A stretch of DNA of 52,934 nucleotides, from positions 1 through 52,934 of the forward strand of contig CAMBQF010000003.1 of NCBI GenBank assembly GCA_945869825.1, in the 5' to 3' direction. The notes under the pieces were generated by a model. The model saw only the letters and a list, made by a program, of their open reading frames with translations, made no database searches and had not been told where the DNA came from. The DNA is from Chitinophaga pinensis. Lineage in GTDB: Bacteria; Bacteroidota; Bacteroidia; CAMBQF01. The position numbers and the translations under genes were made by a program. Below, in pieces: positions 19,331 through 30,600 of this stretch. Numbering within the stretch: the stretch's first letter is position 1; every line of letters starts with the position of its first letter.

Positions 19331-19386
19331 TGTAGAAACTTTTCACCTAAAAATCGTTTCCGATATGCTAAAAGTTTCTACATTTG
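19331..19386 (+). promoter_or_regulatory. TetR operator candidate overlapping the -7 promoter box
   Basis: Perfect 13-bp inverted repeat TGTAGAAACTTTT-N26-AAAAGTTTCTACA. The right arm overlaps TACATTTG (19379-19386). Confidence 0.7.
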
Positions 19387-19390
19387 CACC

Positions 19391-20008
19391 GTGGATACTA
19401 AAGAAGAAAATATAATTGCCCAGGTACGACAGATGTACCTGAAATACGGTATAAAGAGTGTTACAATGGATGATGTAGCACGTGAGCTGGGCATATCTAA
19501 AAAAACACTTTACCTATATTTTAAAGATAAGAACGACTTGGTAATGAAATCAATGGAACGCCAGATTGCTATTGACAAAGCCAGCGTTACTTCTATTATA
19601 GATCAACAACTAAACGCTATTGACGAGTTACTTGAAATTGCAGTCAATGTTGCCACTACCTTAAAGTCTATACAACCAGCTGTAATATTCGATATACAAA
19701 AATACTACCCACAGGTATGGGGGCTGCAAACAGAATACAGGCAAAATTTTATTGTACAAACAATTATAGACAATATAAACAAAGGGATAGAACAGGGGTA
19801 TTACCGCCCCAACCTTAACCCCGAAATTATTGCCAAATTTTTTGCGGTTAAGTTGGAAAATATGTTTGACGACAAAGTATTTCCACCGTCAAAATTTGAT
19901 TTGGCAAACGTGTATATGGAATATATACGCTACCATCTTATGGGCATTTGCAACCAAACAGGTGCCGATTATATAGTTAAAAATATTTTCAATATAAAAC
20001 AGTCTTAA
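19391..20008 (+). CDS. TetR/AcrR family regulator
   Basis: HTH YGIKSVTMDDVARELGISKKTLYLYFKDK. Confidence 0.93.
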   Translation: MDTKEENIIAQVRQMYLKYGIKSVTMDDVARELGISKKTLYLYFKDKNDLVMKSMERQIAIDKASVTSIIDQQLNAIDELLEIAVNVATTLKSIQPAVIFDIQKYYPQVWGLQTEYRQNFIVQTIIDNINKGIEQGYYRPNLNPEIIAKFFAVKLENMFDDKVFPPSKFDLANVYMEYIRYHLMGICNQTGADYIVKNIFNIKQS

Positions 20009-20011
20009 TAC

Positions 20012-21355
20012 ATGAAACGCCTAATAATACTAACACCCCTCTTACTTATGCTCTCTTTGGGCCTATGGGCGCAAAATGCACCAAAGCGTGCCTTTACCCT
20101 AAAAGAGGCTATGGACTATGCCGTTACCAACTCGTACACGGCGCAAAACTCATCTATTGATTTAGAAAAAGCCAAACGCCAAATGAATGAGTTGATTGGC
20201 ATTGGAGCCCCGCAAATTGGCGGCTCTGTTAGCTACAACTACAACATTAAACCACCAGTAGCGTTTTTCCCTGCCGCGTTTTTTGGTGGCCCTCCGGGCA
20301 CTTTTCAGGCTGTTACCATATCGCCAAAACAAACCAATACCATTGGGTTATCGCTAAGCCAGCTGTTGTTAGATGGCACTTACTTTATTGGGTTGCAGGC
20401 CGCCAAAAAATTCAAAGAAATATCGGTAGATATTAACCAGAAAGATATAATGGGTATAAAGGCTGATATAGCTACAACCTATTACGCAGTATTAGTTTTA
20501 GAAGAAAACCGTAAGATATTGGCCGAAAGCTTAACCAAGCTAAACGATACCTACTCGCAAACAGAAAAGATATTTAAAGAAGGCTTGATTGAGGAGAACG
20601 ACCTTGACCAACTAAAACTGATTATTTCTACCCTTAAAACAACACAGGTAAGCCTAGATCGCCAAGCAGAACTTGGTAAAAAATTATTAAACTTTCAATT
20701 AGGGATAGAATTAAGCGAACCTGTTACCTTAACAGACAACCTGGATAAGGTACTAACCGATACACCAAATGAAAGCCCATTAACAAACAGCTTTAAGCCT
20801 GAGAGTAACCTTGATTACATCATTTTACGCAAGCAAAGCGCACTTGCCGACCTTAACTACAAACGTGTTATAGCATCGTATACCCCAAGCCTGTCAGGCT
20901 TTGTAAGCTACCAGTGGCAAAACTTTAGTAACGACAACCGTATTTTTGCAGGCAACTCTCAATACTACGGCGTATCTGTTGCCGGCCTAAACCTACGCAT
21001 ACCAATATTCGATGGTTTATCTACTATACAACGCATCAAATCGGCCAAGCTTGATTATAAGAAAACAGAGATTGGCCTAAAGCAACTGGAAGAAGGATTG
21101 AAACTACAATCGGACCAGGCTACAACCAACTACAACAATGCCCTTGACCAGTTTAAGCTGAAAAAAGAAAATCTTGATTTGGCTAAAAAGGTAAAAGAAA
21201 AAGCACTTATAAAATACAGGGAAGGTGTAGGCTCCAGCCTTGAGGTTACTACTACAGAAAACCAATACCTGCAAATACAGGCCGATTATATATCATCATT
21301 ACTAAACCTGTTTAACGCTAAAATAGCCATTAATAAACTGACAAATAACTTTTAA
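20012..21355 (+). CDS. TolC family outer-membrane efflux protein
   Basis: Signal peptide, LRIPIFDG, YREGVGSSLE and operon context. Confidence 0.9.
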   Translation: MKRLIILTPLLLMLSLGLWAQNAPKRAFTLKEAMDYAVTNSYTAQNSSIDLEKAKRQMNELIGIGAPQIGGSVSYNYNIKPPVAFFPAAFFGGPPGTFQAVTISPKQTNTIGLSLSQLLLDGTYFIGLQAAKKFKEISVDINQKDIMGIKADIATTYYAVLVLEENRKILAESLTKLNDTYSQTEKIFKEGLIEENDLDQLKLIISTLKTTQVSLDRQAELGKKLLNFQLGIELSEPVTLTDNLDKVLTDTPNESPLTNSFKPESNLDYIILRKQSALADLNYKRVIASYTPSLSGFVSYQWQNFSNDNRIFAGNSQYYGVSVAGLNLRIPIFDGLSTIQRIKSAKLDYKKTEIGLKQLEEGLKLQSDQATTNYNNALDQFKLKKENLDLAKKVKEKALIKYREGVGSSLEVTTTENQYLQIQADYISSLLNLFNAKIAINKLTNNF

Positions 21356-21392
21356 TAAATAGCACTACTACACACATTACACCATACGTTTT

Positions 21393-22523
21393 ATGAAAAA
21401 ATATAATATTATTCTTGTTGCGCTGGTTTTATTCATAGCTGCCTGCACACCGCCAAAAACAGAACTTGATAAAAAAAGGAAAGAGCTGGCCGATATAAAT
21501 GCCAAAATTGACAACTTAAAGGCCGAAGCTAAGATTATTGAAACCGAAATTGCCAAGCTGGACACCGCTGCTGCAGGCATTTTAAAGAACAAAAATGTAA
21601 AAGTTGAAGAGATAAAACCTAGCGAGTTTGACAACTTTATTGAGGTGCAAGGCATGGTAGACTCTGACGAGAATGTAATGGTAAATACCACCCAACCAGG
21701 TATTATTACCGCCATAAACGTTAAAGAAGGCGATGTGGTGCGTAAAGGCCAGATATTGGCAACTACTGATGCCAATATCATTAACAAATCGATAGACCAG
21801 TTACAAACCAACCTAGACCTTGCAACCATTGCTTACGACAAGCAAAAGCGCCTGTGGGATCAAAAAATTGGTAGCGAGATTCAGTTTCTGAGTGCTAAAA
21901 CACAAAAAGAAAGTTTAGAGAAACAATTAAAAACCCTGCAATCTCAAATTGATTTGACAGTTATCAAATCGCCTATAAACGGTGTTGTTGATGATATTAA
22001 TGTTAAAATTGGTGAAATGGCAAGCCCCGGCTTTACCGGCATACGTGTGGTAAACCTAAGCAACATTAAGGTTGTTGCAAAGGTGTCTGACAACTACATA
22101 TCTAAAGTTAAAAAAGGCCAGTCGGTTGTTGTGCGTTTTCCTGATGCCAACTACCAAATTACCGCCCCTGTTAGCTTTGTAAGCAGCGTAATTGGTACCA
22201 ACCGGTCTTTTAACGTAGAAGTTAAGGTAAATAACAAAGACGCCATGATAAAACCAAATATGGTGGCAAGCCTATTAATATCCGACCAAAAATTATCAAA
22301 CGTATTGGTAGTGCCATCAAACGCAATAGAACACACCGCAACAGGCAATTACCTAATGGTAGTAACAGGCACTAAAGATAAATACACCGCCAGCCGCCGC
22401 AAGGTAGAAATTGGTGTAGAATACAACGGCCGCACTATTGTTACCGAAGGCTTGAAAGAAGGTGAAAAGGTTATAACCTTTGGTTTTCAGGATGTTGTTG
22501 ACGGCCAACCTATTTCTTTTTAA
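21393..22523 (+). CDS. RND efflux periplasmic adaptor (lipoprotein)
   Basis: Lipobox IAAC, VKEGDVVRKGQ and IKSPINGVV. Confidence 0.92.
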   Translation: MKKYNIILVALVLFIAACTPPKTELDKKRKELADINAKIDNLKAEAKIIETEIAKLDTAAAGILKNKNVKVEEIKPSEFDNFIEVQGMVDSDENVMVNTTQPGIITAINVKEGDVVRKGQILATTDANIINKSIDQLQTNLDLATIAYDKQKRLWDQKIGSEIQFLSAKTQKESLEKQLKTLQSQIDLTVIKSPINGVVDDINVKIGEMASPGFTGIRVVNLSNIKVVAKVSDNYISKVKKGQSVVVRFPDANYQITAPVSFVSSVIGTNRSFNVEVKVNNKDAMIKPNMVASLLISDQKLSNVLVVPSNAIEHTATGNYLMVVTGTKDKYTASRRKVEIGVEYNGRTIVTEGLKEGEKVITFGFQDVVDGQPISF

Positions 22524-22581
22524 TTAAACCAATAACACTGCACGGCCCTGTCCGGCATTAAACATATAAAACGCATTTACC

Positions 22582-25500
22582 ATGCAGATGGAACGATTAA
22601 AAGAATTGTTGGTAACCAACTGGGCGATTAATAACCGCACCAGTGTATATGTGCTTACCATCATTATATCTTTAGCGGGCTTGTTTGTTTTCAACAGCAT
22701 TCCTAAAGAGCAGTTTCCTGATATTGTTGTACCAACCATATCAGTAGTTACCATATACCCCGGCGCTACACCCGAGGATATTGAAAACCTTATTACCAAA
22801 CCAATTGAGAAGCAATTAAAATCGGTATCGGGTATTAAAAAAGTAACCAGTAATTCTATTCAGGACGTATCAATTATTACCGCCGAGTTTAAAACCGACC
22901 AAAAGGTAATTGATTGTAAAAACAAGGTTTCAGACGCGGTTGACAAAGCCAAGAACGACCTGCCGACTGACTTAGATAACGACCCGCAGGTGCAGGAATT
23001 CGACTTTTCTGAATTCCCTATCATGAACATCAACATATCAGGCGACCTTCCCTTAGACAGGCTTAAGAAATATGCCGAAGATTTGGAAGATAAAATTGAG
23101 GGTATGCCAGAAATTACCCGTGTAGATATTGTAGGTGGCCTTGACCGTGAAATACAGATTAACGTTGACCTTTACAAAATGCAGGCCGCTGGTATTACCT
23201 TTGGCGATATTGAAGGTGCCGTAGCCCGCGAAAACGTAAACATATCAGGTGGCGACATTCGTGTTGACGACCAACGCCGCAGCTTACGTGTAACAGGCCA
23301 GTTTAAAAACCCTAAAGACATTGAAAATATTGTAGTTCGCTCTTTTCAGGGCACTACGGTTTTCTTAAGGGATATTGCTACCGTTACCGATGGGTATAAA
23401 GAAAAACAAGACTTTGCCCGCCTTGACCAAAAAACGGTTATCAGCATGAACGTTATTAAACGGTCGGGCGAAAACTTAATTGCAGCATCAGACAAAATTC
23501 AGGATATTATACAGGAGTTTAAGGCAACTAAATTCCCCAAAGGGTTAGAGGTTACTATTACCGGAGACCAGTCTGACAACACCCGAGTATCTATTGCCGA
23601 CCTTATCAATACCATTGTTATTGGCTTTACGCTGGTGCTTATAGTACTGATGTTTTTTATGGGCCTTAGCAACGCGTTTTTTGTTGCGTTAGCGGTGCCT
23701 CTTTCATCACTTATCGCATTCCTTTTCTTACCCGGTTTAGATTATACGCTAAACGTAATTGTACTATTCTCTTTCTTACTGGCGTTGGGTATTATTGTGG
23801 ATGATGCCATTGTGGTTATTGAAAACACCCACCGTATATACAACAAGTACGATTTTGATGTAGTACAGGCTGCCAAGTATGCCGCAGGCGAGGTATTTAT
23901 ACCCGTACTGGCAGGTACGCTCACTACTATTGCCCCCTTCTTCCCGCTGCTGTTTTGGCCGGGTATAGCGGGCGAGTTTATGGGTAAACTGCCTGTTACA
24001 CTTATTATAACCCTTGGCGCATCGTTATTTGTGGCCTTTATAATGAACCCTGTGTTTGCTGTGTCGTTTATGAAAAAAGGCGACCATGCAGAACTTCCTC
24101 CTATCCGCAGCCTGTTCCGCAACCTGATTATATTTGGTGTGTTGGCAATATTTGGCTTTTTAAGCGGTGGCTATGGCTTTGGCAACTTTATGTTGTTTAT
24201 GATTGTGATGGCCGTATTCTACCACTTTGTACTTACCCGCGCAATCAAATCATTCCAGGAAAAAGTATGGCCTAAATTTATTGCAGGCTACCGCAAGGTG
24301 CTTGTAGTATTTGTAAAAGGTTACAGGCCTATATTTGTTGTTGGTATTACATCGGTAGCTACGCTTGTTACTATTTTTGCCTACTTCAGCTCTGAGCCAA
24401 GATTTGAATTTTTCCCTAGCGGCGACCCTAACTTTGCTTACGTATACATACAGGCTCCACTGGGTACCGACGCTGAAGTAACAGACTCTATTACCCGCAT
24501 TGCTGAGAAGAGGGTTTACGAAGTATTGGGCCAGAAAAACCCCAATGTAAAATCTGTTATTGCCAACGTTGGCCTAAACGCCGGCGACCCGCAAAACCCA
24601 GACCGCGTGCCTACCCCTTATAAAGGTAAAATTACGGTAGCTTTTGTTAAATTCTCTGATCGTGCCGCTGGTTTTAACACTAGCGAGGCACTGAATAACA
24701 TCCGCGAGAAGTTTAAGAAAGAGCCTATACAGGGTGTTTCTATATCGGTAGATAAAGAGGCTAATGGCCCACCGGTAGGTAAGCCTGTAAACATGGAAAT
24801 TAGTGGCGACGAGTTTCCTGTGCTGTTAGACCTGCAAGAGAAAGTGTTTAAAGCTGTTGCCAAGGCCAAAATTACCGGCATGGAAGAGTTTAAAAGCGAC
24901 TTGCAGCTGAACAAGCCTGAGATAATTATTGATATAGACCAGGAAAAAGCCCAACGCGAAGGTGTAAGCAAAGCCCAGATTGGTATAGACCTGCGCACGG
25001 CCTTGTTTGGCAAAGAAATATCAAAATACAAAGATGCTAATGATGACGCGCCTATACAACTGCGTCTTACTGAAGATTACCGCAAAAAAGTAGAACAGCT
25101 TACCAACCTGCAAATATCTTTTATGGATATGGCAAGTGGCCGTTTTAAGCAATTGCCCTTATCATCAGTAGTTACGGTGCGCTACGCGCAGTCGTATAAC
25201 GGTATCAACCGCAAAAACCAAAAGCGTGTGGTATCCTTATCATCAAACGTTGAAAACCCTGATTTAACAAGCAACATTGTTGCCCAGCTAAACAGCGTTA
25301 TAAGCACTATTGATGTACCTGAAGGGTATGAAATAAAAATGACCGGTGCGCAGGAAGATCAGAAAGAAACATCAGACTTTTTAGGGGTAGCGTTTTTAGC
25401 TGCTATTTTGTTAATGTTCTTCATCCTGGTAACACAGTTTAACTCTGTTGTTAAGCCAATGCTTATCTTCTCAACCATCTTCTTTAGTTTGATGGGTGTG

Positions 25501-25950
25501 TTCTTAGGCTTTATCATATTCGACTTTAGCTTCTCTATTGTAATGACGGGTGTGGGTATCTTTGCCCTATCGGGTATCGTTATCCGTAACGGTATATTAC
25601 TAATAGAATTTATTGATGAGCTGCGCCAGCGCGGCGAAACCATTCACGAAGCGGTGGTTGATGGCGGCGCAACCCGTTTAACACCTGTATTTTTAACAGC
25701 AGTATCGGCCATACTTGGTTTAATACCGTTAGCTATAGGTTTAAATATTGATTTTGCCGGGTTATTTACCCACTTCGACCCGCATTTCCACCTTGGTGGC
25801 GATAACGTTGCCTTCTGGGGCCCGTTAGCCTGGACAATGATATTTGGTTTAGTTATAGCAACCTTCTTAACCCTGTTAGTAGTGCCTACCATGTACATGA
25901 TGGCCTACAAAACCAAGCACAAAGTGTTGGGCTGGTTTAAGAAAAAATAG
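22582..25950 (+). CDS. RND efflux permease (AcrB/D/F family)
   Basis: YPGATPEDIE, GIIVDDAIVVIEN and TRLTPVFLT. Confidence 0.95.
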   Translation: MQMERLKELLVTNWAINNRTSVYVLTIIISLAGLFVFNSIPKEQFPDIVVPTISVVTIYPGATPEDIENLITKPIEKQLKSVSGIKKVTSNSIQDVSIITAEFKTDQKVIDCKNKVSDAVDKAKNDLPTDLDNDPQVQEFDFSEFPIMNINISGDLPLDRLKKYAEDLEDKIEGMPEITRVDIVGGLDREIQINVDLYKMQAAGITFGDIEGAVARENVNISGGDIRVDDQRRSLRVTGQFKNPKDIENIVVRSFQGTTVFLRDIATVTDGYKEKQDFARLDQKTVISMNVIKRSGENLIAASDKIQDIIQEFKATKFPKGLEVTITGDQSDNTRVSIADLINTIVIGFTLVLIVLMFFMGLSNAFFVALAVPLSSLIAFLFLPGLDYTLNVIVLFSFLLALGIIVDDAIVVIENTHRIYNKYDFDVVQAAKYAAGEVFIPVLAGTLTTIAPFFPLLFWPGIAGEFMGKLPVTLIITLGASLFVAFIMNPVFAVSFMKKGDHAELPPIRSLFRNLIIFGVLAIFGFLSGGYGFGNFMLFMIVMAVFYHFVLTRAIKSFQEKVWPKFIAGYRKVLVVFVKGYRPIFVVGITSVATLVTIFAYFSSEPRFEFFPSGDPNFAYVYIQAPLGTDAEVTDSITRIAEKRVYEVLGQKNPNVKSVIANVGLNAGDPQNPDRVPTPYKGKITVAFVKFSDRAAGFNTSEALNNIREKFKKEPIQGVSISVDKEANGPPVGKPVNMEISGDEFPVLLDLQEKVFKAVAKAKITGMEEFKSDLQLNKPEIIIDIDQEKAQREGVSKAQIGIDLRTALFGKEISKYKDANDDAPIQLRLTEDYRKKVEQLTNLQISFMDMASGRFKQLPLSSVVTVRYAQSYNGINRKNQKRVVSLSSNVENPDLTSNIVAQLNSVISTIDVPEGYEIKMTGAQEDQKETSDFLGVAFLAAILLMFFILVTQFNSVVKPMLIFSTIFFSLMGVFLGFIIFDFSFSIVMTGVGIFALSGIVIRNGILLIEFIDELRQRGETIHEAVVDGGATRLTPVFLTAVSAILGLIPLAIGLNIDFAGLFTHFDPHFHLGGDNVAFWGPLAWTMIFGLVIATFLTLLVVPTMYMMAYKTKHKVLGWFKKK

Positions 25951-25982
25951 TCCGGTTTTCATTTTAATAGATTTAGTAAAGC

Positions 25983-26019
25983 AAAAAAGCGCCGCATAGC
26001 AATATGCGGCGCTTTTTTT
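25983..26019. terminator. Bidirectional intrinsic terminator between the two convergent efflux operons
   Basis: AAAAAAGCGCCGCATA-GCAA-TATGCGGCGCTTTTTT. Confidence 0.85.
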
Positions 26020-26037
26020 ATGCTGCTAAGCATATAT

Positions 26038-26511
26038 TTAGTTTACAAAAATCTTGTCTTCAGAAACACCATGGCAACTATTACAGGCGCCATTAGTTAT
26101 GGCACTACTCATATACTGTACATCGCCGCTGGTGCCAGTAATGCCTGGGTACAAACCGCTGCCAAAGTCTATATCTTCTGTAGTGTAAAAATTGCCTTTA
26201 GCATCAACCTCTATGGTGTATTTAAGTGTGCCAGTGCCATCGGGCCCTGTATATAGTTTAACTGTACCGTTTGGTTGAACGTTGGTAAACGCAGCATTGT
26301 AAACAGTGCCCGCCGCATTAAACCAACCTTCGCCCGCGCCGCCACTTTTATGGCAGTTCATACAATTTTGTCCCATGTTGTGGCTGTCGTCATCGCCGTA
26401 GCGAGATATGTTAGTTTCGTTTTCCTCGTTTTCCTTTTCGCAGCCCTGTATGGCTACCATGCCGCCAAATAAGGCAGTGAGCAATCCCATTGTAATTAAC
26501 TTTTTTTTCAT
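26038..26511 (-). CDS. Lipoprotein with two CxxCH motifs (putative di-heme c-type cytochrome)
   Basis: Lipobox IQGC followed by acidic EKENEENE; CMNCH and CNSCH flank a beta-rich domain. Confidence 0.75.
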   Translation of the reverse strand: MKKKLITMGLLTALFGGMVAIQGCEKENEENETNISRYGDDDSHNMGQNCMNCHKSGGAGEGWFNAAGTVYNAAFTNVQPNGTVKLYTGPDGTGTLKYTIEVDAKGNFYTTEDIDFGSGLYPGITGTSGDVQYMSSAITNGACNSCHGVSEDKIFVN

Positions 26512-26555
26512 GGTTTCTATTTTAAACTTGATAATTGCTTGTAGTAAAAAATTAT

Positions 26556-27686
26556 TTATTCCGATTTATTTTTTAAACTCATAAGTAAGGCATAAGCCCC
26601 CTTTATAGCAAAGCGGTAGTTATTTATGTCTTTATTTTTATCCGCAGGCACAATTTCAGTAAAGCCTCGCTCGCTGCTGCCGGGCAATACCTCAAACAAT
26701 TCAAATACCCCGGCTGATTTTTGTATAAATACGTAATGTTTGTTTTCAAATTCAACAATGGCATCATCTGGCAAGGCAGGCGCATTACTACTTTTAACCT
26801 CAACATTTGCATTCATATACATACCCGGTATCAGGCCCTTATCATACTCTTCAAAATGGCAATGCACCTCTACGCTACGCTCTACCGAAAGGCTTTTACC
26901 AATAAGGATAACCTCGCAGGTATATTTTTTATCGGCATTGTTAGTATAGGCATATACCTTTTGGCCAATGGTAAACTTGTTAAGGTCTTTTTCAAACACC
27001 GTTAGGTTAAGGTGTATGTCGGCAGGGTTTACAAGCTCAAACAACACATCGGCAGGGTTTACATATTTGCCAATGTTTACGTTTACCTTCGATACAAAAC
27101 CATCAATAGGTGAATATACGTTTATGCCACGCGATAGGTTATTCTCATTTAGGTTATCAGGGTTGATACCAATTAGCTTAAGCTTTTCGTACAACGATTT
27201 CATCAATATCTTCTGCGATTTATAGTCCGCTTCAGCCTGCTGAAAAACCTTGTCGCTGCTGGCTTTAGTGGCGTTTAAATCTTTCTGGCGAAAATACTCC
27301 CCTTCTATATATTTAAATTTAGCCTGTGCGTTCAGGTAATCCTGTTGAAGTTGAATATACTGCTGGTCTTCCATTACGGCAATAACATCGCCTTTGCCCA
27401 CATGCATACCCGGCAGCAACTTGGTGCTCTTTAAATACCCGCCCAACGGCACACTTACCGATACCATATTTTGGGGCGGCACATCAATAATACCATTTAC
27501 TTTTAGTATCGATGATAGGCTCTTCATTTCGGCTTTGCCCACTTGCACGTCTGCGTTTTTACTTTGCGCATCGGTAAGGGTAACTGTTGTGCCGCTTTCT
27601 TCTTTAGCAGATGTTTCATCGGCCTGCTTTGCTCCGCCGCAGGCGGTTAGCAATGATATGGCAATAAAAATTATATACTTGTTCAT
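26556..27686 (-). CDS. Heavy-metal RND periplasmic adaptor (CzcB/CusB-like lipoprotein)
   Basis: Lipobox LTAC, IDVPPQN, YIQLQQDYL and SPIDGFV. Confidence 0.9.
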   Translation of the reverse strand: MNKYIIFIAISLLTACGGAKQADETSAKEESGTTVTLTDAQSKNADVQVGKAEMKSLSSILKVNGIIDVPPQNMVSVSVPLGGYLKSTKLLPGMHVGKGDVIAVMEDQQYIQLQQDYLNAQAKFKYIEGEYFRQKDLNATKASSDKVFQQAEADYKSQKILMKSLYEKLKLIGINPDNLNENNLSRGINVYSPIDGFVSKVNVNIGKYVNPADVLFELVNPADIHLNLTVFEKDLNKFTIGQKVYAYTNNADKKYTCEVILIGKSLSVERSVEVHCHFEEYDKGLIPGMYMNANVEVKSSNAPALPDDAIVEFENKHYVFIQKSAGVFELFEVLPGSSERGFTEIVPADKNKDINNYRFAIKGAYALLMSLKNKSE

Positions 27687-27690
27687 GTTG

Positions 27691-30600
27691 TTACTTGTTT
27701 GTTAGTGCGTTTAAATCAATCACACTAAGGTTTAGCGCCTTTACGGCGTCTAAATAATCACTTTGGGTGGCAATGGCCTGGTTAATCAGCATTACCCAGT
27801 CCAGATAATTAATATCGCCACCTTGTAACTGAGTGCTGGCTGTTTTAATAATGGTATCAGCATAGCCGAGGGCGCTGCCCTCATAATAATCTACCGCCTG
27901 CTTGTTCTTTGTGTAATTGGCCAATGCCTGGCTGTAGGCTGTTTGCAAAGAGTTTACCCCCGACAGGTAGTTGTATTGCGCAATTTGCTTGTCTATTTTC
28001 AATGCGCCAATTTTTGCTTTTTGTGCGCCAAAAAACAAGGGAATACCCAAGCCAAATTGCGCCGACTGAAAACGGTAAGTAGTAGTGTAGGCTTTATTAT
28101 CGGCACCTATACCTCGTATACTCATGTTGCTGTAGCCCAAGCTAATATCAGGCAACAGGCCTGCCTTTTCTGTTTTTAGGCGGTAAAGGCTTACCTGCTC
28201 TTGTTGTTTTAAGTAGCCAGCCAGCGGGTGCTGCATAAGGGTGCTGCTATCAACCACCATAGGCAATTCAATTTTAAATTGCGGTTGGTAGGGTATATAA
28301 TCCACGCCGGTATTAAGCAGATAATTAAGTTGCTTTTGAAGCACAACATAGTCTTGCTGCAACTGGGTAAGTTGCAGGTTTACTTTGCCTTTAAGGTTAT
28401 CGGCAGTGGTCTTTTCCAAGATGTTGCTTTCGCCCTTGTTAAAGCGTTGCGTACTTTTTATTAAAAACTCAGTAAAAAGGCTATCGGCACGTTGCAAAAG
28501 TTTCTTCTTCTGGTCTAAAAAGAGCAACTCATAAAACACCGCAGACACCTGCTTCTTCAAATCGTTCTGCTTAATGGCTACTGCCAGTTGCCCGCCTTTA
28601 TACTCCTCATTAAGCAACTGCTTTTGGGTGCTGTAAACAGTAGGAAATTTTATGGTTTGAGAAATACTAAAACGGGTATCGTTATACACACTGTTTATTT
28701 GCCCATACTCGCCTATAACAGCGGTAGATTGTAGGTTCCACGCGGTGCCTTTTAACTTGCCCAGATAGTCGGTTTGCAGGTTTTGTGCACGCAGGCTTAC
28801 GTTGTTTTTCAAAGCGGTATCAATAGCCGCTTGCAGCGTTAAAGTTTGCTGCCCATAGCTTGCTGTAGAGCCAAAACTCATAAAGCCGATAACGGTTAGC
28901 CCTGCTACAATATGCTTTTTAACTTTAAAACCACTCTCAAACAAAATGTACAGTATGGGTAATACAAAAAGGGTAAGCAAGGTGGCCAGTAACAGCCCGC
29001 CAATAACTACCGTAGCTAACGGACGCTGCACCTCTGCACCTGCCCCGTTGCTAACGGCCATAGGCAAAAAGCCCAGCGATGCCACAAAGGCTGTCATAAG
29101 CACTGGCCTAAGCCTAACTTTGGTGCCTTGAGTAACAATGCGCTTAACATCCTTTAGCCCTTCGGCACGCAGGCGGTTAAACTCGGCAATAAGTACAATG
29201 CCATTTAGCACCGCCACGCCAAACAAGGCAATAAAGCCCACCCCGGCTGATATACTAAACGGTAAGCCCCTTGCTGCAAGCGCAAATATGCCACCAACAG
29301 CAGACAGCGGAATAGCCGTGTAAATAAGTAAGCCCTGTTTAATAGAGCCAAATGCAAAATACAGCATAAGAAATATGAGTAGTAACGATATGGGAACGGC
29401 AATGCTTAAGCGCTTTTTAGCCGCATTCAGGTTTTCAAACGCGCCACCATAATCTATACGGTAGCCACGTGGGAGTTTGATGTCGGAAGTAACCTTGGCC
29501 TGCAACTCAGTTACAATACTTTGTACATCGCGCCCACGAACGTTAAAGCCAACGATTATGCGCCTTTTAGACCCCTCGCGTTGAATTTGGTTAGGGCCGT
29601 TTTTGCTTACAATACTTGCCAACTGGTATAAGGGCACTTGTGTGCCTTGCCTGGTAGGTATCAGCAGGTTTTCTACATCAGTAATGTTACTGCGTTTTTC
29701 AACTTGTAGCCGCACTACCATATCAAACCTTTTTTCACCCTCAAACACCAAACCCGCACTTTGTCCAGCAAAGGCGGTGTTTACCACCTTGTTTACATCG
29801 CTAATATTAAGGCCGTACTGTGCCATTGCACTACGATTGTAGCTAATTATAATTTGCGGCATACCGCCAACGGGTTCAACAAATATATCTTTAGCACCAT
29901 CAATAGTACCAGCTGCTTCGCCCAGCTTTTGGGCAAATAAGGCAAGGCTATCCATATTGTCGCCAAATATTTTACAAACTACATCCTGGCGCGCCCCCGT
30001 CATCAACTCGTTAAAACGCATTTGCACGGGGTATTGAAAGCCTGTGGTTAAACCGGGCACAGCTTCCAGTTCTTTGCTCATTTTATCGGCCAGTTCATTA
30101 AATGTTTGGGCTGATGTCCACTCGCTTTTGTCTTTCAGTATTATCATCATGTCTGATGCTTCAATAGGCATAGGGTCTGTGGGAATTTCGCCGCTGCCTG
30201 TTTTGGTTACCACTTTTTGTACTTCAGGAAATTTTTCGAGCAGAATATGCGATGCCTTTTGCGTAGCCTCAATATTTGCTGTAAGGTTGCTACCGGTAAG
30301 CAGGCGGCATTCAACGGCAAAATCGCCTTCTTCTAAACTAGGTATAAACTCGCCGCCTAAAAAGGTTAGCGTTACTACCGCACCAATAAATAAAGCAATA
30401 GTAACAGCTAAAATGGTTTTAGGGAAATTTAATGCCCTTGTAAGTGTTTTTTGGTATAATCGCCCTATGCCCTCCATGATCCTGTCGGATATTGTTTTTT
30501 TATGGCTGATTTTTTTGCTTAAAAACAGCGCGCTAAAGGCAGGTATATAGGTTAGCGAGAGGATGAAAGCACCCAACAGTGCAAAGGCTACTGTTTGAGC

